Position numbers and translations under genes: made by a program
Shown here: in pieces, positions 54,849 through 64,000 of the stretch
Numbering within the stretch: position 1 is the first letter of the stretch
How the letters are laid out: each line of letters starts with the position of its first letter
Source: Dictyostelium discoideum
Taxonomy: Eukaryota
NCBI GenBank assembly: GCA_000004695.1
Contig: CM000152.2
Location: 4,416,001-4,480,000 of the forward strand
Reading direction: 5' to 3'
Length of the DNA: 64,000 nt
Notes under the pieces: model-generated
Database searches by the model: none
What the model saw: the letters and a program-made list of their open reading frames with translations, nothing else
Told to the model about the DNA's origin: nothing

Positions 54849-56057
54849 TTATTATTGTTGTTGTGATGGGTATTGATAATATTATTATTGTTGTTATAAT
54901 TGGTATTGATATTAGGGTTAACATTGATATTATTATTACTATCTCCCATATTTGCATTACCAATATTAATTGGTTGATTTTTTGAATGATGATAATGATA
55001 GCTTTGGTGGGTTTGACTATCTTTTAAAGTTTTTTTTTCTGGTTCATATTGATACCTATAGTTCTCATTTGTATAATGTATTGGTTGTTTTGAAGGTGGT
55101 AATAAAATTGGAGATTTCAAAATAACACCACCTTCATTACTAATGATATTACCACTACCACCTCCATTACTATTACTACTATCATTAATATCATGTTGTT
55201 TTTGCTGTTGTTGATGATGATTATGATGTTGTTGTTGTTGGTATTGCTGTTGATGTTGTTGTTGATGTTGTTGCTTTTGTTGATTACCATTATTATTATT
55301 ATTATTAGTATAATTATAATGATTATTATTAGCAATATTATGATTATGATTATTATTACTATTACTATTACTATTACTATTACTATTACTATTGATATTA
55401 TTATTATTATTATTATTATTATTGTTATTATTATTATTACTGTTTACATTTTCTTGATCATTTATTAATCTATCAATTAAACTTGTATGTTCATTGTTAT
55501 TGCTATTAGTATTATTGTTATTATTATGAGTTGATGATGAAGATGATAAAATTGGTGTTGAGGATGATAAAACTTTTGAATTTTTAAGATTGATTTTATT
55601 ATTCTCATTTGATTTATTTTCATTTAAGGAAGAATAAAGTTTTGATTTTGATTTTTCATTTGTATTTTTTAAATATTCTTTATAATATTTTAGAGAATAT
55701 TGATCTTGACTATTATACTCTAATGGACTTTCTAAATGTGGATAGTTAATATATTGATTGAATATCTCTAAATCAAAATTATTTGTACCTAAATGTATAC
55801 CAAAATGTTTCAAAGGTTGATAATCTGGACCATTATGTAATTTAATATTTGAACCTAATTTCTTATTTTTATTTCTATTAAATTCTGCAATTATACTATT
55901 TGAATCATTTAATCCTACAACTGAACTATTATCATTCTTTTTAAATATTGAATTGTTTCTCTTTGATAATGACACAACCCATCTTTTAATATCATATCTT
56001 TTACTTTCATCTTGTTCATTATTATTATTACTATTAATATTATTGTTATTAATATTA

Positions 56058-56127
<70 letters not shown>

Positions 56128-56169
56128 CTTCATCATTTAATTGCTGTTGTTGTTGATTTAATTGATTTG

Positions 56170-56229
<60 letters not shown>

Positions 56230-58783
56230 GATCAAAATCATTATTATTTAATTGATTTTGACTTGAATCTAATTTTTGTTTTTGTTGTAAATAAGGAGTT
56301 GATAAATTTTGATTTGGATTTTCAATTGTAATTGTTAATGGTGAAGATTGATTTCTAAAACGAATTGGATCACAAAAACGATAAGAGAAATGTTTTTCAA
56401 ATAAAGTTAAACGATCAGTTTTATAGAAAGTATCTTCAAATTCATATAGGGATTTGGCCTTCATCATTTGAATCATTGAAGCTCTACTAACCAAATTGAA
56501 TAATAAAGATGACTTTTTAAATTGATTCAAAGAATGATCCCACCAATTTGTAAAAGCTAAAAGGTGATGTTGTTTTCTATTGGTTATATTATGTAGATAA
56601 TGATCGGTTTCTAAATTCCATAATGGTATTTTCTCGATCGCGATTTGCTTAGCCGGCACGAAATAACCCAAGAATAAATTAATTGAATGTTGTTTATCGG
56701 CATCAATGAATGAATTGCTAATGTATCTTTTAATTGCGTTAACTAAATCTCTAGATTGAGAAGATAGTGAATGCTTGGTATAGGTTTTAATTGTGTTTGC
56801 TAATTCTGAGCCACCATATTGTAAAGCGATTTGGTTACCACATGCCTCATACATATCGATTAAAACTTGAACTATACCTGTATTGAAATCCAATGATGGA
56901 CTATCCAATAAACCCATAGAATACAATTGATAACCTAATGCACATTTCCCAATACAAAATTGTGCTGCATTTGTTCTATCCAATGAATCAATACAATTAG
57001 TTCTAACTACACCAATTTGTTCAGTACCAATTTCATTAAATAAATAACTAAATAATTCATTCTCTTTTTCATTTAATCCACTTATTGTTGTTGCTGCTGT
57101 TGTTGTTGTTGTTGTTGTTGTTGAACCACCATTATCATCACTACTTGAATTATAATTCTCTCTTAAAAAATTACAATATAATTTTGAACTTGAATAAAAT
57201 ATACCAGTTTTTAAAATTGATTGATTTGCAAAAGAATCCAACCAAGCCATATGATCCTCATCCTTTGATTTAGCTGCTTGATGGAAATCCCAAGCTTGAT
57301 AATGAATTCTATGTTGTTCAGGTAACATTTCATTTAAACAATTGATACAATCAGTGAATTCATTTCTTAGGATACTCTCTCTTGGTTTCTTTTCATTGGA
57401 TTTAACAAGATTCAATATGATAATGGGTGACCCAAATCTTTGAAATAAATCTTGAAAATGTAAAATAGTAGAACCTAAAAACGGATCCATACGTTGAATT
57501 TTAATTGGTGGTTTAGGTGTCATTATATTGTTATCCTGTTCCCAATACAATGGTATTGAACCTCTAATTTGAACGAATGAAGAGAACTTTGCCTTACTAG
57601 ACCATCCAGTCAATGGTTCTTGAAGTATTTGTTCAGTCTCTACATCATTTGCAACCTGTCCATTCTCATTAATACCACGTTTTAAAAATCTTGCACCTGC
57701 ATAATATCTACTACGACGTGCTATCAATATTAAATCTAATCCTTTACCGAAAATATCAATCTTATCCTGAACGAAATAACCATGAATAATCGGTAACACC
57801 CAATACCACGTCTTCACCTGATCAACTAAACATTCTAATAAAAAGTGATTCCATGTAAATTGATCATTATAATATAATTTCTTTTTATTAATTTCATTTG
57901 TATTTGTATTTGTATTATTATTATTATTATTATTACTATTATTATTAGTTTGTGGTATATTTTTTGGTATTGGTGAATGAAAATATCTTGTCATATTATA
58001 TTGTAAAGTTCTAGTTATATCATAGGTATAACTAAAATAGAAATCTTTTGTTAAATCTAGGCTGAGGAATAAACCTTTGTATCTAGTTTCATCGGCAAAT
58101 TCTGGTGAATTAGTTTTTGGAAATGATGGTGGTATATAGACATAGGTGATATCATCGATACCATAGATGAAATGTGTACCAATCATACCAACTTTTCTCT
58201 TTTTTGTAATTAGTATTATATAATATCCATGTAAGAATCTAATGAATCCTAAAATACCATATGCTGAACAAACTCTTGTTAATCCCTCTCTATTAGCATT
58301 ACCAATCATTGTTAATAAATCTTGAATTTGTTGTTTATTATAATCGGTTGGATCCTCTGATATCATTACTTCCTCTTCATAAGTTCTATCAATTTTTAAA
58401 ACTTTAAATCTATTTTTTGTTCTATTTGATCCAACTAAATAAAATCTCTAAAATTTATATTTTTTTTTAAGTATGAATTCAATAAAATATATATATATAT
58501 AATACATATAATATTTTCATTTTATTAAACTTACAGTTTTAGTTTCATATAATACAAATCTTTGAAGTGAAAAACAAGTTGGTGGCATAATATAATTATC
58601 ACTCTCTTGTTTTTTATATGTTAAATCGTCCCAAAATGAGGGTTTATTGAATGATGAGCTATCTTGTGTTATATTCTCTTCATGTTTATTTTGGTGTTTA
58701 TTATTATTATTTTTATTATTATTATCCACATTTAATTTTGGTGTTGGAGTTGGTATTGGTGGTGGAGAAATAGAAGAAGACAT
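54521..58783 (-). CDS. SAC-domain polyphosphoinositide phosphatase, FIG4/Sac3-like, of about 1391 aa, with very long poly-N/poly-Q insertions in the C-terminal half. Exons: 58783..58535, 58447..54521.
   Basis: Exon 1 ends …FSLQRFVLYETKT, then a GTAAGT donor and a TTTTAG acceptor, then RFYLVGSNRTKNRFKVLKIDR. This is the Sac N-terminal 'LYET…FYLVG' region. The catalytic motif is RTNCIDSLDRTN (CX5R(T/S)). FIG4-like context comes from LDLILIARRSRYYAGARFLKRGINENGQVANDVETEQI. Confidence 0.85.
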
Positions 58784-58923
58784 GTCTTCTTTATTTAAGT
58801 TTGTATATGTGGGGGAATTTTTTAAAATAAAAAAAATAAAAAAATAAAAAAATAAAAAAAAAATGATTTTTTAAAAAATCTATTATTTTTTATTTTTTTT
58901 AATTTTTTATTTTTTACTTTTTT

Positions 58924-58955
<32 letters not shown>

Positions 58956-59057
58956 TAAAAAAAAAAAAAAAAAAAAAAAAAAAACAAAATTTTATATTTT
59001 GAAATTAAGTTTGGGGTACATAAAATAAAAATAAAAAAAATATACATATATATAAAA

Positions 59058-60479
59058 ATGGTAATGATAGATGATACTAATAGATTCTTAGAATGTGTTA
59101 AAAGGAAATGTAATGATCCGTCAATGAAAAATAAAATTTCAAATCAAACATTACTAAAAAAGAATCAAACAAAAAAAGAACATCAAACAGATATTATCAT
59201 AAAAGCATCAATTTCAATTGTAAGCTTATATATATATATTATATATAGATATTATATTAAATATTATTTATTCATTTTTAACCAATTTTTATTGTTATTC
59301 TTTTTTTTTTTTTAAATTTAATTTTTATTATTATTATTAAATAATTTAAAAAAAAAAAAAAAAAAATTAAAAATTAATATAGTATAATACAATTAATACA
59401 TTAGAATTATTTTTAAATGAACATAAAGAAGCATATGTTAATACAACTACACATATAAAATCAATGTCATCAAAGATGACAGATGAAGAGAGAGAGGAGA
59501 TTGATAAATTATCAACCAACCAAATTGAAGTTTGTAAGAGTAGTATTAAATCAATTGAAGAATTAATTAGAAAGCATTATACAGATTTATCAAAAAGTTA
59601 TAAAAAAGAGTTATCTAAATGGTATGGTAATAAATCAATATCATCATCATCAATTGCAATACTTGATATAATAAGAGATGATCCTGCTGACTTTTTAAAT
59701 CTATCTGAAACTGGTAGATTATCATTAAGAGAATCATTAGAAAACTACGGTCCTAGAGTCGTACTCTATAGCAATATCGTCGATCAATTAAAACATTATT
59801 TAAATAATGTTTCAAATTCGTTTAAAAAGTTAAGATCATTCAGATTAAATTTAAAATTAAAAGAATCTGAAAAATTAGGTAATAAAGCAACTCAAGATAA
59901 TACAACTTTATTAAGATTAAGAAATAAACCATCGTCATCATCATCAACAAAAGATCCAAATTCATATAATTATGAAGAAGAAGAAGAGAATGAAAAGAAA
60001 GTAACAACAAAAGATTTATATGGTGGTGATGGTGATGGTGATGATGATGAATTTGATGAAGAGGAAATGCAAATTTATGAACAACAAAACTCTGAATTAA
60101 AAGCTGAATTAGAAACATTAGCTGATCAAATTGAGTATGTAGAAATATTTACTTAATTAATTATTGAAATATTTATATCCTAACATTATTTTTATTTTTA
60201 TTTTATTATTATTATTAAAAAAAAAAAAAAAGAGTTATAAATCGTCAAGTTGAAGAATTATCACAACTATTTGATGAAATTACACCTCATATTTTACAAC
60301 ATAAAGAAGTGATTACAAATATACACACTACTACTATTGAGGCAACAAATTATGTTACAAGAGGAAACAATCAAATTTATGAAGCAACAAAGAAAAGTTT
60401 TGATTTTAGAGTGATGGTTTTAATATTTTTAATTATTTCTTCATTAAGTTTATTGGTTTTAAATTGGTACCAAGATTAA
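59058..60479 (+). CDS. Syntaxin-18 (Ufe1-like ER Qa-SNARE) of about 386 aa. Exons: 59058..~59219, 59383..60134, 60233..60479.
   Basis: The C-terminus …GNNQIYEATKKSFDFRVMVLIFLIISSLSLLVLNWYQD aligns to human STX18 …[38 protein letters not shown]. The N-terminal region has MTDEEREEIDK (STX18 has MTDTERDQIDQ). The Qa SNARE zero-layer Q is in ILQHKEVITNIH. Junctions are ATT|GTAAGC to AATATAG, and GA|GTATGT to AAAAAG (phase 2). The exon-1 end is uncertain by ±1 nt: the printed sequence and the supplied ORF translation disagree by one base in an A-run near 59160 and a T-run near 59277. Confidence 0.8.
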
Positions 60480-61013
60480 AGTAAATCCAAAAATAAATAT
60501 ATAAATTAAAAAATAAAATCAAGATTGATCGAAACGGTTTAATTTGTTTTTTTTTTTTTTTTATTCTTTTTTTTATTTTAGGAAAAAAATATCTATTTTA
60601 TTTTTAATTTTTTTATTTTAAAATTTTTAAAAATTTTTTTTCCCCGATTGAAATCAGGGTTATTATTTTAAAAATTAAAATAAACAAAAAAAAAAAAAAA
60701 AAAAAGAAAGAAAATTAAAAAAAATTTGGACAAGTTGAATTTTTTTATTTTTTTTTATTTTTTTTTAATTTTTTTTTTTTTTTTTTAATTTTGCCATCAA
60801 AAATGAAATTCTTAAAATCCAAAAACTTTCAATTGGGTTTTGGGAGATTACTTTTTTTTTTTTTTTTTGTTATTTTTAACTGAAAATATCTTTTTTTTTT
60901 ATAAAAACTGAAAAAATTTTTTTTTTTATTTTTTTTTTTTTTAATTTTTAATTTTTTTTTAATTTTTTTTTTTTTACTTTAATTCCATTTAACCACAATT
61001 GAACAAAAAACAT

Positions 61014-61058
<45 letters not shown>

Positions 61059-61170
61059 ATTACTTATCAAAAAAAATAAAGAAATAACAAAGAAACTTTA
61101 AAAATTTATTAAAAAAAAAAAAAAAAATAAAAAAAAAAATAAAAAATAAAAAAAAAAAAAAAAATAAAAA

Positions 61171-61700
61171 ATGAATAAAGAAAGAGATAGATTACCACCA
61201 ACTTTATCAAATTATAAAAAATTATTTACAGAATCAGAAAGGAATGGTCTAAGTAAAAGATATAAAAAAGTTGATATAGGGCCAACCTTAACATTATCAT
61301 TACAAAAACCAATTTTAAATTTAGATCATTCAAATATTTTCGAACATTCATTCCATTGTTATAATCAATTTTTAAATCAAATAACACCATTAATACATTC
61401 TGTTTGTGTTTCAACTGAAAATCAAGATTCAAAATTAACAAGAAAAATATTACATGATATCCTAACATTAATCTCAACAAGTTGTTCTGAAATTAGTATC
61501 TTTAAAGAAAAAATAAATGAATTAAAAGGGAATAATAATATTAATAATAATAATAATAAAATTGAAAATGGTAAAGATAATAAACAAGAAATAAAGAAAG
61601 AAAGATTAGAGATGAAATTCATCGAAAAAACTGAAATAAATGAAAATAAAGAGGGTGAGAAAATAGATACACAACAACCACAACCACAACAACAACAACC

Positions 61701-61766
<66 letters not shown>

Positions 61767-62085
61767 GGTACAAGCTCAATTAACAAAAAAAGAGAAGAAA
61801 CAACAAAAGAGATTAGAAAAGAAAGAAATTAAAGAGAAAATTTTACAACTTCAACAAAGAGAAATTTTAAATATTCAAGAAGAAATTAAAAATTTAGAAG
61901 AAATAGGTTGTGAAGAGAATGGGTTATCAAACTCTACAGCTTCTATTATTTCAACAACTTCAAATACATCCACAGCAACATCTTCATCAACAACAACAAC
62001 TGCTGCAGTAACTACAATTACATCATTAAAAACCAAACAACAAGAAAGAGCTGAAAAAAGGAAATTAGCAAAACAAGAGAAAAAG

Positions 62086-62118
<33 letters not shown>

Positions 62119-64000
62119 AAACAACAACAACAAACTATTAAAGATGGAAATAATAATGGTGATGTAAAAAATAATGAAAATATTGAAGAAAAAGAAGACG
62201 AAGAAAAAGAAGAACAAGAACAAGAGGAGGAGAAAGAAGAAGAAGAATATGTTGAAGAAGAAGAGGAAGTTATAGATAATATTAACAAAGAAAAAGATGG
62301 TGAAGAAATTTCAAAAAAATTTGAAAAACTAAGTTTAAAACAAAAAAAACAAAAAAAGAATCTGGTTGTTAAGGAATCAACAACGACTTCAACCACAACA
62401 ACAACTACTACCACTACAACCACAACATCAAATAGTGATGGTATAATTGAAATTGGATTTGAAAATGGAGCAAATGTAACTAATGAATCAATATCGACAG
62501 TAGAATCATTAATTCAATTTGAAAAGAATATAAAATTACAATTTCTTAAAAAGATTGATGATGTAAAAATAATGGAAAAGAATTTGAAAAGGTTATCAAA
62601 CAAAGTTCATAGAATGAAGAAAAGCTCAAAAAAAGATGAAATTGAAACACAAAAACAATTGGTTATTAAACAATCTGATCACATTAAACAATTCTATTTT
62701 AGGTTATCAGATTTCTTAAAATCATTTTCAACTTCGATTTTATCATTAGAACCAACAACAACAACAACAACAACAACAACTTTAAATCCATCCTCAACTT
62801 CGATTTTATCATTAGAACCAACAACAACAACAACAACAACAACAACAACTTTAAATCCCTCTTCAACTTCTTTAAATTCAATTCTTTTATCTTTACATAA
62901 AGAGGTTAAATGTACTAGTGATAATAGATTTAAATCATTTGATGATTTAGCAAGAATCTTAACAAGATCAATTAGTGGTATTAGATTATTTTTATTTGGT
63001 TCCTCGGTTAATAGTATGGCTTTAAAAAATAGTGATATTGATGTTTGTGCTAATTTAAAAAGGAATGATGAAAAATTAATTTTTATAATTTCTTCAATTT
63101 TAAAAAAGAGTAATTTTATTTATTTATTTATTTATTTATTTATTATTATTATTATAATATATTTTTTTTAACAATTTTATATTTTAATTATTATTATTTT
63201 TAAATAATTTAGATGGATATGAAAATATTGTTACAATTAGTCAATCAAGAGTACCATTAATTAAATTTTTTGATGCAAAATATGATATTCATATTGATTT
63301 ATGTATAAATAATCTTTTAGCAATTGAAAATTCCAGGTTGATAAAATCATATTCAAGTATAGATAGTAGAATGGAGCCATTGTTTATGTTAATTAAGACA
63401 TGGGCAAAATCAAAGGGTTTAAATGATGCAGCTGAAAAGAGTTTATCATCCTATTCATATGCAAATTTGACTGTTTTCTTCCTACAAACTAGACAACCAC
63501 CAGTACTACCATGTCTTCATAAAGGTATGAGTCCAAAAACAAAAGAAGTCCTTGTTGAAAATGTAAATGTATCTTATTTGGATCCAACCATTTTCTTAAA
63601 TAGTAGTAATAATGGTAATAATAATAATGCAAATGGAAATTATGGTTTCAAATTAAATCAAAACAAAGAATCTGTTGCAGAATTGTTATTTGGATTCTTT
63701 GATTTCTATTCGAAATTTGATTTCGAAAATTGGATCATTGATATTAGAAGAGGTGAAGCTGTTCAATTGAAATCTCGTAAAGAAATTAATTCAACACCTG
63801 CAAATATTTACATTCAAGACCCATTCATTTTCGATTTCAATCCAAGTAAATCCCTAAGTGAAAAGAATTTTATAAAATTCAATACAGAAGTTCGTAAAGC
63901 AGCCTTCCTTCTATCAAAAGGTGTTGAACTCTATGGTATTAGGGATTTAATTATGGGTGATTCTGTTTTATCTTTATCAAGTAAATTAAAATCTTTTGAA
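61171..64000 (+). CDS. Non-canonical poly(A) polymerase / terminal nucleotidyltransferase of the Cid1/GLD-2/TUT family; the 3' end runs off the window. Exons: 61171..63109, 63213..>64000.
   Basis: Exon 1 has a long low-complexity N-terminal region and then the nucleotidyltransferase core: IRLFLFGSSVNSMALKNSDIDVCANL, the GS…SD.D catalytic motif. An A|GTAATT donor (phase 1) is followed by an ATTTAG acceptor. Exon 2 is the PAP-associated domain (VPLIKFFDAKYDIHIDLCINNLLAIENSRLIKSYSSIDSRMEPLFMLIKTWAKSKGLNDAAEKSLSSYSYANLTVFFLQ). It is open to the end of the window. Confidence 0.8.

Noticed and set aside
59150-59290. Apparent in-frame stop in syntaxin-18 exon 1 when the printed sequence is read literally. 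This is a one-base discrepancy in an A-run near 59160, compensated by a T-run near 59277, relative to the supplied ORF translation.
   Set aside because: The supplied ORF track and the homology to STX18 both support an intact exon. It is treated as a homopolymer-length or transcription ambiguity, not a real frameshift, and could be confirmed by resequencing.

Overview
The window is AT-rich (about 75-80% A+T) eukaryotic nuclear DNA with the hallmarks of Dictyostelium discoideum: (CAA)n/(AAT)n-encoded poly-Q/poly-N tracts inside genes, very A/T-homopolymer-rich intergenic DNA, and short AT-rich introns with GTAAGT/GTATGT donors and (T)nAG acceptors. There are no prokaryotic operons, CRISPR arrays or defence islands, so nothing here qualifies as an 'exciting undescribed system'. 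I reconstructed about 22 protein-coding genes by hand from the six-frame ORFs plus splice signals, plus one tRNA gene and two pseudogene fragments. The recognisable genes are: an RCC1-repeat protein, a BBE-like FAD oxidase, a P4-type phospholipid flippase, NAC-alpha, a Tgr-like IPT/TIG membrane protein, an Alba/Rpp25-like RGG protein, a DPP8/9-like S9B peptidase, STATa (dstA, 707 aa with the Tyr702 site), condensin CAP-G, a LIN54-like double-CXC protein, a kelch-repeat membrane protein, a FIG4/Sac3-like SAC phosphatase, syntaxin-18, and a Cid1/GLD2-family nucleotidyltransferase that runs off the 3' end of the window. The tRNA is tRNA-Leu(UAA) with a downstream ex-B box. The pseudogene fragments are partial copies of neighbouring genes. 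The most interesting non-routine signals are: (1) a tandem pair of orphan paralogs whose central ~0.9 kb is nearly identical while their flanks have diverged, consistent with gene conversion; (2) a ~120-bp near-perfect long hairpin, flanked by direct repeats, in a divergent promoter region; (3) two duplicated 3'-gene fragments; (4) a GC-richer, ORF-like island of unknown nature. Exon coordinates were derived by hand and may be off by a few nucleotides at some junctions.
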